This document shows, one piece after another, positions 20,740 through 31,490 of a stretch of 64,000 bases of DNA (within the stretch, counting starts at the first letter, position 1; the number at the start of each line of letters is the position of its first letter). The DNA is from Candidatus Hermodarchaeum yapensis. GTDB taxonomy: Archaea; Asgardarchaeota; Hermodarchaeia; Hermodarchaeales; Hermodarchaeaceae. The notes below the pieces were generated by a model. It was not told the DNA's origin and searched no databases. It saw only the letters and a program-made list of their open reading frames with translations. The stretch spans positions 1-64,000 of the forward strand of contig JAEOSK010000006.1 of the NCBI GenBank assembly GCA_016840405.1, in the 5' to 3' direction. A program made the translations under genes and the position numbers.

Positions 20740-22587
20740 TTACTTATCTAAATCTGCGAGTCCCACTTTTTTAAGGGCAGCGGCTGATGGAAGCCCAGTT
20801 TTTCGATCCCAGTCTCGATAAGCGTAGTAGTCATTAAGTTGTTTTTCGAGATTGGGAACCATACCATTTGTACCTCCATCAGGAAGTGGTTGAAGGAGTA
20901 GTGAAGGAAGACTATCATCTTCAGATTTAAACCCAAGATTCAGATTAATGAGTCGTTTTAAAGTGATGATGCGGTCCCCAATGTGCATTAACTCTTGTGG
21001 GGTTGTATTACGACCAACCACTAAATTGAAGAATTGGGTGATTTCATCAACTGAATAGGTTGGGAATTGACACATTATCAATGAGTTGGACACTTGTCGC
21101 CAACTTTGCGATTTAGCGGCGACTTCACCCATCCCCTCGTCGGTTTGAGGGTCATCAGCGTCAATTCCTAGTTCCATTATGACCTGTCCCTGTAGGACCA
21201 TATACATATCGCCATCGAGATGAGTACCACCACGAGGACTTGTAGCATAGCTTGTTGCCATACCGAAAAGAGCACGCGGGTCCCAACAGGACACTTCTAA
21301 GCCTTTCACATGAACGGCTAAATCCGCTGCATCATATCGTTCACCCATTGACCGCGTTCCCTCAGCTAAAATAGCGCCGAATCCCTCACGGTATGCGATT
21401 TTGGGTATTAATTTAATAACAGGCTCAGGGTCACCCCAAACAAGGTTCATTCCTACCTCTTTGAAAGTGAGTTTATTTTGGTCCATGAGATAGTAGGCAA
21501 AACCGATGCTATTACCTGTACTGATCGTGTCTAATCCAAGATCATCACAAAGGTAACCGGCTTTAATCACAGCATCCAAGTCGTCTATGAGCATCATCGA
21601 ACCGAGAGCACCAATAGTTTCGTACTCAGGTCCATTTACTCGTGGTAACTTAAATTTCCCTTCGGAGACTTTGACTATCCGTCCACATTGGATTGGACAC
21701 CGATGACACCCATCAAAGCCGACCAAACGTGTTTCTGACATAGTTGCTCCGCTGATATTGTCATGAGTAGGAAATTCACCCTGGGTGAAGTATTTGTTGG
21801 GCATGGCTCCAATTTCCTGCGCAGGACCCACAGCAGTAGCAGTACCCATTATTCGATAACAGTCGGGCATGAAGTCTTTCATCATTATCTTATTTACAGG
21901 CCGCGCGAGTTCTACAATTGCATCATGATTCGCCACAGGAACCGGCTGATCTCCCACAACAATCATTGCTTTCAGATTCTTACTACCCATGACTGCTCCT
22001 AGCCCCATCCGTCCGGCAGCTCGTGCACCTTCTGACATAATATTAGCGTATTTGACTAGATTTTCACCAGCAGGTCCGATGCTAAGGGTAAAAAAACGCT
22101 TTTCATCGATATCTTTTCGTAAAAGCCGTTGTGTAGCAGAAATAGTGTGTGACCAGATGTGATTAGCATCCTTCAATTCAGCCTTACCAAAAAGCAGAGA
22201 AAGGTAAATGGGCTTCTCTGCTCGTCCTTTTATGAAAATTCCATCGTATCCAGCTTGTCGCATTTCAGCACCAAAATATCCACCAATATCGCTTTCACCC
22301 CAGAGTCGAGTGAGAGGTGAACGTGTACAGATAGCCATTCGACCAGAACTAGGTACAGCCGTTCCAACAAATGGCCCCGCCATTAAAAGCAGTGGATTGT
22401 CAGGTCCTAGCGGCTCGATTTTTTCTGTTAATAGTGGATAGAGCATCCTAGCAGCCAGTCCAGCTCCACCAATATATTGTCGTGCCCAATCAAGTGGTGT
22501 TGGTGAATCCTTGAGGGTTCCCGTTGTAAGGTCAACGTTGAGAATTTTTCCCGTGTAACCGTAGCTATCCTTTTTTGCCATATTCAT
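20740..22587 (-). CDS. aor: Tungsten-dependent aldehyde:ferredoxin oxidoreductase family
   Basis: GYTGKILNVDL, SPLT..WGES, AGRMGLGAVMGSKNLKA, CHRCPIQC, PEYET, DDLGLDTIS. Confidence 0.95.
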   Translation of the reverse strand: MNMAKKDSYGYTGKILNVDLTTGTLKDSPTPLDWARQYIGGAGLAARMLYPLLTEKIEPLGPDNPLLLMAGPFVGTAVPSSGRMAICTRSPLTRLWGESDIGGYFGAEMRQAGYDGIFIKGRAEKPIYLSLLFGKAELKDANHIWSHTISATQRLLRKDIDEKRFFTLSIGPAGENLVKYANIMSEGARAAGRMGLGAVMGSKNLKAMIVVGDQPVPVANHDAIVELARPVNKIMMKDFMPDCYRIMGTATAVGPAQEIGAMPNKYFTQGEFPTHDNISGATMSETRLVGFDGCHRCPIQCGRIVKVSEGKFKLPRVNGPEYETIGALGSMMLIDDLDAVIKAGYLCDDLGLDTISTGNSIGFAYYLMDQNKLTFKEVGMNLVWGDPEPVIKLIPKIAYREGFGAILAEGTRSMGERYDAADLAVHVKGLEVSCWDPRALFGMATSYATSPRGGTHLDGDMYMVLQGQVIMELGIDADDPQTDEGMGEVAAKSQSWRQVSNSLIMCQFPTYSVDEITQFFNLVVGRNTTPQELMHIGDRIITLKRLINLNLGFKSEDDSLPSLLLQPLPDGGTNGMVPNLEKQLNDYYAYRDWDRKTGLPSAAALKKVGLADLDK

Positions 22588-22618
22588 AACCTCAAGAAGT
22601 AGAATCCGTTCAGGTGGT

Positions 22619-23788
22619 TTAGAAGTCGATGGATTTTCCGTCGTACATGTAATGCCAGAAGCGTTTCATATCTTCAGTTGTGGGTTCTCGGCAATTGAAT
22701 ATGTTCACAGCGGATTCCGATGTCAGGCGGACTAAATCATCAAAGTTCTTTTCGAATTTTGCTTTTGGTATTCCATATTCTTTGAGACTACGAGGAACCT
22801 CTAATTCCTTCATTATCTTTACAATCTTATCGCGTAACTTGATGGTGGCGACTTTATCATCATCGCTTGACTCCGCCACGCCAACGGCTCGTGCAAGTTC
22901 TCCATAGAGATCCGAGTGAGTCTTCATGGCATATTCAATAGAATACGGAAGAACCAACCCGACCGTAATTCCATGGGGCATCTTAAAGATAGCTCCCATG
23001 GCATGACCAAATGAATGGGTGATGCCCAAGAAGGAGTTACTCCAGGCAAGCCCACTAATAGATGCAGCATTATGGAGCTTTTCACGTGCCTCTGAATCCT
23101 CAGGATTTTCATACACCCGAGGGAGGTATTCTAAGATCATTCGAGTACTGTGAATGCTTAATCCATTGCTGAAATCGTTACGCCATTGAACCGTATATCC
23201 ATCAATTGCTTGAGCTAGCGCATCCATTCCGGAGGAGGCAATGACCTTAGGAGGCAAGGATTTCGTGAGTAGAGGGTCCAAAATGGATACATGTGGTATC
23301 AAAACCGGGTGGTTGAGTTCCATTTTGTACTTTTCCTTACTGTTCGTAATGACCGCGGATGCAGTTGCATCAGAACCCGTTCCGGATGTCGTGGGGATGG
23401 CAATCAGAGTTGTTTTCTTGATAGTTATTGGTGTTAGCGGCATAATTTCCAGCATTGGGAGATCAGGGTGTTCGAATAGGACTTGGGTTACTTTGGCCAC
23501 ATCCAAAACTGAACCGCCACCTAATCCTATGATAAGGTCAGGCTTGAACTTCTGAGCTAGTTTTAGACTCTCATGCACCACTTCTTCGGGTGGTTCAGGA
23601 GTCACCCCATCAAAGCTTGCCACATCTTTTCCGCTTTCCTTGAGTTTCTCCATCACCAATTCCAAGAAGCCCAGTTTGACAATTGTTTTGTCTGTCACAA
23701 CGAAGGCACGGTTTCCTTCAACCTCTTTCAGATAATCTAAAGCACCTTCACCAAAAGCGAAAACCCGTGGAGAACGAAAATACCACAC
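22619..23788 (-). CDS. Iron-containing alcohol dehydrogenase
   Basis: GLGGGSVLDVAK, PTTSGTGSD, GMDAL, HSFGH..PHG. GTG start. Confidence 0.93.
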   Translation of the reverse strand: MWYFRSPRVFAFGEGALDYLKEVEGNRAFVVTDKTIVKLGFLELVMEKLKESGKDVASFDGVTPEPPEEVVHESLKLAQKFKPDLIIGLGGGSVLDVAKVTQVLFEHPDLPMLEIMPLTPITIKKTTLIAIPTTSGTGSDATASAVITNSKEKYKMELNHPVLIPHVSILDPLLTKSLPPKVIASSGMDALAQAIDGYTVQWRNDFSNGLSIHSTRMILEYLPRVYENPEDSEAREKLHNAASISGLAWSNSFLGITHSFGHAMGAIFKMPHGITVGLVLPYSIEYAMKTHSDLYGELARAVGVAESSDDDKVATIKLRDKIVKIMKELEVPRSLKEYGIPKAKFEKNFDDLVRLTSESAVNIFNCREPTTEDMKRFWHYMYDGKSIDF

Positions 23789-23926
23789 TTTACAACTACC
23801 TCAAAGTTATTTAGTCAACGATGAACTCTTCTACTGAACCTTAGCCCAAGTTCACCGTGCAACCAATAATCGGTTCACATAGAAAAGTAATAGGGATAGG
23901 GGACGAAATACAATCCCGAATTGTAA

Positions 23927-24334
23927 CTATGGAAATTCTGTTTTAATCATCTGAGCGGTTCGTACTAGCTCCTTAGCGGCACGGGTTGCCCGCATAACCT
24001 TTGCCCGGTCACCAATTAGTTTCATCCTACGGGTCAGTAATGCTTTGATAGGATCTAAGCGACCTTCAATGATTTCTTTCCAATTTGCATATTCTCCTTC
24101 ATAAACGAAAGCGGTCTCTTTTGCATCACGGTTGGGTAGCATTTCATAACCACGACATTTTCCATGCCACAGGTCCATATACATCACAACTTCTTCATTG
24201 ATTCCTTTTTCTTTGTCGGGCCATACGATGAAAAGAAAGTCGCCTTCCCATGTTGCGGCAGCGTCTTCATATGCTTCATTTTCATTTAGGGTTTTAACGA
24301 AGGATTCAAGCCAATCTGGTGTGCCAAATTCCAT
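23927..24334 (-). CDS. SCP2 (sterol carrier-like) lipid-binding domain protein
   Basis: FGTPDWL...AAATWEGDF...DLWHGKCR...WKEIIEGRLDPIKALLTRRMKLIGD. True ATG at 24334; the track extension overlaps the next gene. Confidence 0.8.
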   Translation of the reverse strand: MEFGTPDWLESFVKTLNENEAYEDAAATWEGDFLFIVWPDKEKGINEEVVMYMDLWHGKCRGYEMLPNRDAKETAFVYEGEYANWKEIIEGRLDPIKALLTRRMKLIGDRAKVMRATRAAKELVRTAQMIKTEFP

Positions 24335-24469
24335 TTTTTTCACCGGAGTGTTTTGATAACAAGTGAGGGTTATTGATTTATATCTGGTCTTGACGTTCAA
24401 AGAATTTTCATCCAAATTTCTTAATACTAAGTCATTGAAGATATTAGTTGTAATGTGAGATGAAACAAA

Positions 24470-25243
24470 ATGGCTAAGTATACGATCGTCCAAATTTCTG
24501 ATCTTCATGTCGGTGAAGCTGGTTATCGGCGTGACATGGTTGTTGCAGCAATCGAAGAAATAAACAAAATCAAACCAAATCTCGTCGTGGTGGCCGGTGA
24601 CTTGACATGGAATGCAGTGCGTGAACAATTCATAGAAGCCCGTGATTTACTGCAGAATTTAAACTGCCCACAAATCGTAACGATGGGAAATCATGACGGG
24701 TTTAATGTAGGATATCTGATGTTTGAAGAACTGTTCGGCCCTAGATATGCTGAATATCAGGATGAAAGCGTCTTTGTAATGGCAGTAGATAGCTCCGAGC
24801 CAGACTTAAACACGGGACATGTGGGCAGAGATGGGCGTGGGTTTATTGATAAAGCGTTTTCAAAGGTTGATGATGATCTATTGAAGATATTTACTTTACA
24901 CCATCATCTTGTTCCGGTGCCTCGTTCTGGTCGAGAGAGAGATAGTATGGTGGATGCAGGGGACTTGCTAGAATTGCTAATGCATAAAGGGGTGAGTCTA
25001 GTGTTAAGTGGACACCGACATTATCCCTGGGTATGGCGTCTTGAGAATATGGTGCTATCTTATTCAGGGACAAGTGGCAGTCCAAGATTACGAGGAAGCC
25101 CTTGTCAGAATTATAACATTATTAAAATCGATAAGAAAACTGTGGAAATTTCGACGAAGTTAATTGGTGGACCTCATCGTCGTCGAGGCAAATACCGATG
25201 GGGTAAACGCGGCATTACTTGGTGGAGCGAGATTAAGACTTGA
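24470..25243 (+). CDS. Calcineurin-like metallophosphoesterase (Icc/CpdA-like)
   Basis: SDLH, GDLT, GNHD, HHH, GHRH motifs. Confidence 0.9.
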   Translation: MAKYTIVQISDLHVGEAGYRRDMVVAAIEEINKIKPNLVVVAGDLTWNAVREQFIEARDLLQNLNCPQIVTMGNHDGFNVGYLMFEELFGPRYAEYQDESVFVMAVDSSEPDLNTGHVGRDGRGFIDKAFSKVDDDLLKIFTLHHHLVPVPRSGRERDSMVDAGDLLELLMHKGVSLVLSGHRHYPWVWRLENMVLSYSGTSGSPRLRGSPCQNYNIIKIDKKTVEISTKLIGGPHRRRGKYRWGKRGITWWSEIKT

Positions 25244-25274
25244 GAAGTTAGTGGATAGTCTCTTCTGCGTTCAG

Positions 25275-26255
25275 TTAAGTCTGCATTATACTGCGTAAGA
25301 GATCGATATCAATATTGCTTCCACTGGCAACAATTACAACGTTTTCGTCCGTATCGAGCTGAATTTTTTTCTCAAGAAGAGCCGCGATTCCCACGACACC
25401 AGCGGGTTCAAGAACACGACGTTCGTTTTCTAAGGTCCAACGAATCGCTTGACGCAACCCGGATTCTTCTACTAGCACAACGTCATCGACATACTGCAAT
25501 CCAAAATCAAGATTCAGTTGTTCTGTGTTTCCAGCTAGCCCATCGGCAATGGTTGGCTCTACGGGTACATAAAAAAGCCGTTTTGCTTTGAAATTTTCAT
25601 AGAATGCACGAGTCGCAGTGGTTTGCACCCCCACTATCCGGATGTGGGGATTCACCGTTTTAACCCAAAAAGAGATGCCAGAAATTAATCCCCCGCCACC
25701 AATGGGAACCACAACCACATTGACCTCCGGGTAATCCTCAAGAATTTCATAGCCCACTGTTCCCTGTCCAGCTATGACTAAAGGATCCGCATATGCGTGT
25801 ATTATGGTCGCTCCAGTTTCTTTAGCGAATTCCACACTATGAGCTGCAGCAACATCATAGTTGGCACCATGTTGAAGGATGGTCGCACCATATTGTTTGA
25901 TTTTGTTCATTTTCAGCTGGGAAGCTTCTTCAGGAACAACGACAGTCGCAGGAAAGTCTAGTTGTTGGGCAGCATAGGCCACTGCTAGTCCATGATTACC
26001 CGATGAGGCTGTAACAACACCTGGACCAGCCGTTTCCGGGGGAAGAGAAGCAGCTTTATTGTAGGCACCTCGAAGCTTGAAAACGCCAGTGCGTTGGAGA
26101 CATTCCCATTTCACAGATACCGATGCTCCACTAATACCAGAAAGGTTTGGTGAAAATTCAAGAGGGGTATGCAAAACAATTCCCTCAAGCCGTTTCCGAG
26201 CTTGCATGATCATAGCAGGTGTAAGAGGCAGCGATTTTTTTGTAGTCTGACCCAT
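25275..26255 (-). CDS. PLP-dependent threonine/serine dehydratase family
   Basis: LQRTGVFKLRGA, ASSGNHG, PIGGGGLISG, TIADGL; no regulatory domain. Confidence 0.9.
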   Translation of the reverse strand: MGQTTKKSLPLTPAMIMQARKRLEGIVLHTPLEFSPNLSGISGASVSVKWECLQRTGVFKLRGAYNKAASLPPETAGPGVVTASSGNHGLAVAYAAQQLDFPATVVVPEEASQLKMNKIKQYGATILQHGANYDVAAAHSVEFAKETGATIIHAYADPLVIAGQGTVGYEILEDYPEVNVVVVPIGGGGLISGISFWVKTVNPHIRIVGVQTTATRAFYENFKAKRLFYVPVEPTIADGLAGNTEQLNLDFGLQYVDDVVLVEESGLRQAIRWTLENERRVLEPAGVVGIAALLEKKIQLDTDENVVIVASGSNIDIDLLRSIMQT

Positions 26256-26389
26256 AGCATCAATCTCCTTAAACCGAGATATTCAGCGTTCTTAGATAAC
26301 GATTTCTCAGCGATTAATTCCAGTTTAGCGGGTGGTGCGATTGTTTATAAGCATGCTTTTTCGATAATGGAACCCAGAGCGTGACATTC

Positions 26390-26860
26390 ATGTCCTTAGA
26401 TGAATTTCAAGAGAAAATGAGTTGTCGACGATGTGGTCGACCACGAATCATAACGCGTGTTAGTAAACCGAAAACTGATCTGGTTAAGCTGTATATGCGT
26501 TGCCCAGTACACACTTCAGAAGTCGTCTATCGGATGCCTTTGAGTCTATATGATGCAGCCAGTGGAATAATCCGAGAACATGTGCTTTTGTGTCGAAAGT
26601 GTGGGCAACCTGTTGAAATTACCGGACAGCATGCAGGCAAATTATCGACAAAAGTTCGGATTCTATGCCCCGAGCATGGTGATGGAGAACGGTTGGTGAA
26701 TAATTCACTTTTTGATCCCATCCTTGCGGCTGTCCCTGCCAAAGCAGCACCAGAAGCCGCAGTGCCTACTGGTACCTCAAAGTTTTGTTCCAGTTGTGGT
26801 TCACCAGTTCCGGCCCCTGAAGCCCAGTTTTGTCATAATTGTGGGGCTTCGATAGATTAG
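26390..26860 (+). CDS. Multi-zinc-ribbon protein
   Basis: CRRC..CPVH, CRKC..CPEHG and CSSC..CHNC; TTTATAA box upstream at about 26344. Confidence 0.75.
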   Translation: MSLDEFQEKMSCRRCGRPRIITRVSKPKTDLVKLYMRCPVHTSEVVYRMPLSLYDAASGIIREHVLLCRKCGQPVEITGQHAGKLSTKVRILCPEHGDGERLVNNSLFDPILAAVPAKAAPEAAVPTGTSKFCSSCGSPVPAPEAQFCHNCGASID

Positions 26861-26913
26861 GATCATTCAGTTCAACCTATCTGAGAGGGAAGAGGTCCAA
26901 TCAAACGTCCCTC

Positions 26914-27705
26914 TCATTCAGGTTTATTTGATTTGGGTGGATACACCTTCCGTGCTGAGGTCACATATCCTGTATGACCGATCATGCGAGTTTCTGGACG
27001 TGTTTTCCCTTTTCGAACCATGATTTCTCTTTCAATAAGCTCTCGAGTAACGATTTCAGTGAAATGAGAGGTGTATAAGGCGTCAACGGTTTTCTGCGTT
27101 TGTTCAATAGTGGGTGAAAAAGAGACAAAGACACCACCACCTTTCAATACAGTATAAGCTAAGGGGACGACCTCCCACGGCACAGCTAAGTCTAACACAA
27201 TGGTATCAACATTCGTCTCCGTAATCCCTTCAAGAATATCCTGCTGTTTAATGGTCACAAATTCTTGAAGCCCAGCTTTCTTCAGATTCTTTGCTGCAGC
27301 CTTGGCGAAATCTTCACGAATTTCATATGAAAAGACATGACCAGCAGGAGCAACGTGATATCCAAGCAAGGAGGCGAGAGCCCCACTACCAGTCCCTGCT
27401 TCTACCACCACTGAGCCAGGTCCTATACCAGCCAACAATAGAATTAATCCAGCATCCTTCGGGTACACAATATTGGTTTGCCGCCCCATCTTCACCGCAC
27501 GATCACGAGGTAGTGGAGGCAATGCAGCAACTTTTACTCCTAAACTCGTTGAAATCAGACTGCCATACTCTTGACCGATAACATCATCATATTGTAGAAT
27601 TCCTCGATGGAGATGAAAAGAAGACCCTGCATCAACTCGGCGTAACCAATTTCTCCGGGCATCCAAATAGAAGAGAACTTGGTCACCATCTTTTATTTCA
27701 GTCAT
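26914..27705 (-). CDS. trmI: tRNA (adenine-57/58-N1)-methyltransferase
   Basis: VYPKD, VEAGTGSGAL, SYEIRED, LDLAVPW, FSPTIEQ, MIGHTGY. Confidence 0.93.
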   Translation of the reverse strand: MTEIKDGDQVLFYLDARRNWLRRVDAGSSFHLHRGILQYDDVIGQEYGSLISTSLGVKVAALPPLPRDRAVKMGRQTNIVYPKDAGLILLLAGIGPGSVVVEAGTGSGALASLLGYHVAPAGHVFSYEIREDFAKAAAKNLKKAGLQEFVTIKQQDILEGITETNVDTIVLDLAVPWEVVPLAYTVLKGGGVFVSFSPTIEQTQKTVDALYTSHFTEIVTRELIEREIMVRKGKTRPETRMIGHTGYVTSARKVYPPKSNKPE

Positions 27706-27823
27706 AACGCCTTCACCAATGTGATTTTATTCAATGCCCTTTTTCAGCCTTCTGTACATGAGAGAAAGGACGAGTAATAGACCCCAAAGGCTCAAATTCT
27801 CCTTTGTGAACTAATCTCATAGA

Positions 27824-28873
27824 ATGAACCTGCAAAATCCAAATCCTTGCCAACGCCCTGCCCTCCATTATGAACAGCTTGCTTCAGACAAAGTTCAGTG
27901 TGGTGTGTGTGAACGCCGATGCACAATAGCTCCAGGGAACCGGGGAGTGTGTGGAGCTCGAAAAAACCTTGATGGCAAATTAATTGTCCTTACCTATGGT
28001 GACATCAGTTCAATTAGTGCTAATCCCATCGAAAAAAAACCACTTTTCCATTTTTATCCAGGATCCCGAGCACTCACTATAGGCAGCTGGGGATGCAATT
28101 TTGCTTGTCCCTGGTGTCAGAACTGGAGTATTAGCAAACGTCACGCAAATCCTAGTCAGTGTAACCACCTCTCACCTCAGGATTTCATTGAGGAAGTTCA
28201 CCGAACCGGTTGTCAGGGGACAAGCTTTTCCTTCAATGAGCCTACAACCGCTTTTTTCGAATACGCTCTTGATGTTATGCCAATCGCTCATAACGCGGGA
28301 TTGTATAACACATTCGTGTCCAATGGTTACATGACAGCTTCAACGCTACGTCGATTAGCAGAAGCAGGATTGGATGCTATGAACATAGACATCAAGGGCT
28401 GCCGAACGGCGGTGCAGAAGTTATGCAAAATTGATACGGAAAAAGTGTGGAGCACGGCTCAATTGGCACGTGACCTGGGTATTTGGATAGAAGTTACTAC
28501 TTTGGTAATCCCGGGGTTCAATGATTCGAATCGATGTTTAGCACAAATAGCACATCGTATTCATGATGAACTGGGAGAAGAAGTCCCGTGGCATGTGAGC
28601 GCGTTCTATCCCGCATACAAAGCCCGAGAACATGGCCTGAATACTCCCACCCCAACCTCAACCCTTGAACATGCCTACGCCCTAGGAAAAAAGGCAGAAC
28701 TCTTCCATGTCTATTTAGGAAATGTGCCTGGTAACACCTCAGAAAACAGCTACTGTCGACAATGTAATGCATTACTCATCAAGCGGCGAACTTACGATAT
28801 CACACTTGTACATCTTGATAGGCAAGGCGCGTGTAAGAAATGTGGATCGTCGAACCATTTCATTTTCTCTTAG
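27824..28873 (+). CDS. AmmeMemoRadiSam-type radical SAM enzyme
   Basis: CGVCERRC..CGAR, NPIEKKPLFHFYPG, GCNFACPWCQNW, FNEP, VYLGNV. Confidence 0.9.
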   Translation: MNLQNPNPCQRPALHYEQLASDKVQCGVCERRCTIAPGNRGVCGARKNLDGKLIVLTYGDISSISANPIEKKPLFHFYPGSRALTIGSWGCNFACPWCQNWSISKRHANPSQCNHLSPQDFIEEVHRTGCQGTSFSFNEPTTAFFEYALDVMPIAHNAGLYNTFVSNGYMTASTLRRLAEAGLDAMNIDIKGCRTAVQKLCKIDTEKVWSTAQLARDLGIWIEVTTLVIPGFNDSNRCLAQIAHRIHDELGEEVPWHVSAFYPAYKAREHGLNTPTPTSTLEHAYALGKKAELFHVYLGNVPGNTSENSYCRQCNALLIKRRTYDITLVHLDRQGACKKCGSSNHFIFS

Positions 28874-28996
28874 GGGCTTTAGAAGAGTCGACAGAGTAGA
28901 GGAAACAGTTAAGGGCATTCTTTGTAATGTTGGAGTTAAGGAGGAAGCAGAGAAGTTTGGGGATTTATAATGCTTATTCAAAAGTAAAGTAGTGAA

Positions 28997-30384
28997 ATGC
29001 CATCTAAGAGGGCCAATCATCAACTCTCCTTAAGTTATCCTTGTGAATCAACCTATCATCCCGGTTGTATTGAGGAGTATCAATCTTCAATTGCAATTAC
29101 CATCCCTGGCTATCTCTGTGATCTTACCATTGCTCAGGAAAAAGCATTAACAGATCTAATGCGACAATTCTGTATTGCACGTCGTTTAGCCTTTACTTTG
29201 TGTAATAAGGGAATTCCATATTCATTGATTGAGAAGCACCTTCAAGAAAAAACAGGTTTAAATTCCCGTTATATTAAGGATGCCATCTACTCAGTGAAGA
29301 ATCTCCCTTCAACAGGTGTTACTTTTGGTGGCAAGAATAATCAATTTAGTAGAATGACAGGAAAAATTTCTCAGGAGGAATACACGAAGCGGAGAAACTC
29401 AATCCTCATATCACGCGGGGACAAAACGAAGAAAGGCAATCTCAATCTTCGAGTTATTAATGAAAATACTAGTATCAAACTTGCATTAATATTGGCAGAA
29501 GGTTCTGGATTGTTACGACGCTATTCATTCCAGACAAATACTATGCTGAATTTAAGGAAATATTAGATGGACAAAAACCATATCAAGTTATAATAAAGCG
29601 CCGTGAAAACGATAAAAGGTTTGATGTTCGAATTACGGTTACAATAACGCCAAAGATTATTAGCAGAAGTCGTGTAATGGCACTTGATATAAATTCAGGG
29701 CATGTTGACTTTGCTATTCTTGATGATAATCTGCAATTGATTCAATTGGGACGAATTAATTGTTTCACCCTTTTGTTTGCGTCAGCAAAAAAACGTGCAC
29801 ACTATCTTTTCAAATTTGTTAATCTTATAACAAGAATTGCACAACATTTTGATGCAATGGTCATAGTAGGGAAGTTAAACACAGGAAGATTTCGTTCTCG
29901 GAACAGGCATGCAAATCGACGAATAAAGCAGATGCCTCAATATAATCTTCGACAGATTCTCAAATATAAGCTATTACTCGAAGGCATTCCAGTTGAAGAA
30001 CGTTCAGAAGCATATACTTCAAAAATTGGAAAAGACTTAGCAGCATTGATTGGAGTAGATACTCATAAAGCGGCGGCAATTCTTTTTGCCCTCAAATTTC
30101 TTGATTATCCGAAATTCATGACATTACGCTCATCAACCCAAGATGAGAAACATCTCCCACTCCGTGTTCAAGCATATAATGAAGGCAATGGAAGTCGGAG
30201 TACAACAGAGCTAAGAGTGGGAAGCGGACTTACTGTCCTATCCAAGACTTACCGTCTAGGATACTATGACACCACAGATGGTGGAGGCTACCCGGCAATA
30301 CCAAGTAGCTGGGGGCTCTCCAATTTTGCTGAGAGCCTGAAGCCAAATTTAGTCCAAAGAATCGTTAAAATTGTTTTAGACTAA
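28997..30384 (+). pseudogene. TnpB-related IS200/IS605 accessory protein (zinc-finger-less type), frameshifted near 29475-29485
   Basis: LNSRY, TFGG, SRGDKTKKGNLNLR in the first ORF. A -1 frame continues CINIGRRFW...VMALDIN...EAYTSKIG..HKAAA. The region is visibly AT-rich. Confidence 0.75.
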
Positions 30385-30460
30385 GTTTTCGGTAACTTGG
30401 AAGCAGTGTGGAAGCATCCTCAAGGAACCCTAATAAACTAAGTGTAACCTAGGAAAAGTC

Positions 30461-31459
30461 ATGGAATCCACAACTAAGCCTATTGAAACCATGACAGCAT
30501 TGAAGTGCCAATCTTGCAATGCTCCTCTCACCGTCTCACCAGATGACGTGGTTATTGTTTGTGGTTACTGTGGATACACAACTACAATTGAAGGAGATAA
30601 AATTGATAATCACTTCGTGTTGGAACCCACCGTTGACGCTTCAGATGTTAGAGAGAAAGTCACTGACTGGGTAGGACGAGGTGGTAAAGCTCAAGTGACA
30701 GAAGCAATTCTTCGATTCGTACCCTTTTGGGTTGAAGAAATGCACGCACACTCGACATATCAAGGATACAAAAAACATCAAGAAACCGAATACTATACGG
30801 ATTCACAGGGTAAACGCCGCTCACGGACCAAAATCGAATACGAACCGATTCAAGGAACTTTTGATGAGAATCGCTCCATCAATGTGCTATGCCGACGTGG
30901 CGCCACATTCTATAGCCAAGGTGAGCTGGATAAGGCACTTCAAGTAACGAAGAGGGAGGTTAAACCTTTCAATTATAATTCGATCACTGCAGCTGAAAAG
31001 AATCCCCTCTTTTTGAATAGCGAATTAACCGACGCCGATGCGTATGAAATTGCTGAAACCTATGTTGAAGATGACCATCGAAGCCGGGCTGATTCGAGGG
31101 CAACGGAGATTTGGGATTGTCATACGAGAATCCAAAAAACCGGTTCCTACCTTCTCCACGTCCCTCATTGGCTCGTTCGATATCGATTTGGTACTGAAAC
31201 CTATCGAGTTGGAATTGATGGTTATACAAAGAAGGTGCTGAAAGGCGAAGTCCCCGTTACCACCGCCTTTCGCGCAGCAATGTATTTTGTCAGCATCCTC
31301 TTTCTGTTCATCGGTACGGTGGGAACCTACTTCGTAGCTGAATTTCTTAGACCGCAAGGGCTAGAAATGCTATCCTTTGCCGTAGTTATCCTTAGCCTTA
31401 TCATTGCAGCCTTTGCAATTAGGCAAACGTTCAAGATAAGCTCAGAGAAGCGTGAATAA
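30461..31459 (+). CDS. Zinc-ribbon protein with C-terminal TM helices (YdjG-like)
   Basis: CQSC..CGYC, FVPFW, HVPHW..Y, IDGYT.KV, two C-terminal hydrophobic helices. Confidence 0.75.
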   Translation: MESTTKPIETMTALKCQSCNAPLTVSPDDVVIVCGYCGYTTTIEGDKIDNHFVLEPTVDASDVREKVTDWVGRGGKAQVTEAILRFVPFWVEEMHAHSTYQGYKKHQETEYYTDSQGKRRSRTKIEYEPIQGTFDENRSINVLCRRGATFYSQGELDKALQVTKREVKPFNYNSITAAEKNPLFLNSELTDADAYEIAETYVEDDHRSRADSRATEIWDCHTRIQKTGSYLLHVPHWLVRYRFGTETYRVGIDGYTKKVLKGEVPVTTAFRAAMYFVSILFLFIGTVGTYFVAEFLRPQGLEMLSFAVVILSLIIAAFAIRQTFKISSEKRE

Positions 31460-31490
31460 ATCCAAAATGGAGAAAATGGGTGATTAAAAA

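Noticed and set aside
24335-24628. N-terminal extension on the SCP2 protein
   Set aside because: It overlaps the divergent phosphoesterase gene and its promoter region; the recognisable domain starts at ATG 24334.
28997-30384. Possible Cas12f/Cas14 CRISPR effector
   Set aside because: No repeat-spacer array or cas1/2/4 seen in the window, so it is treated as TnpB-related.
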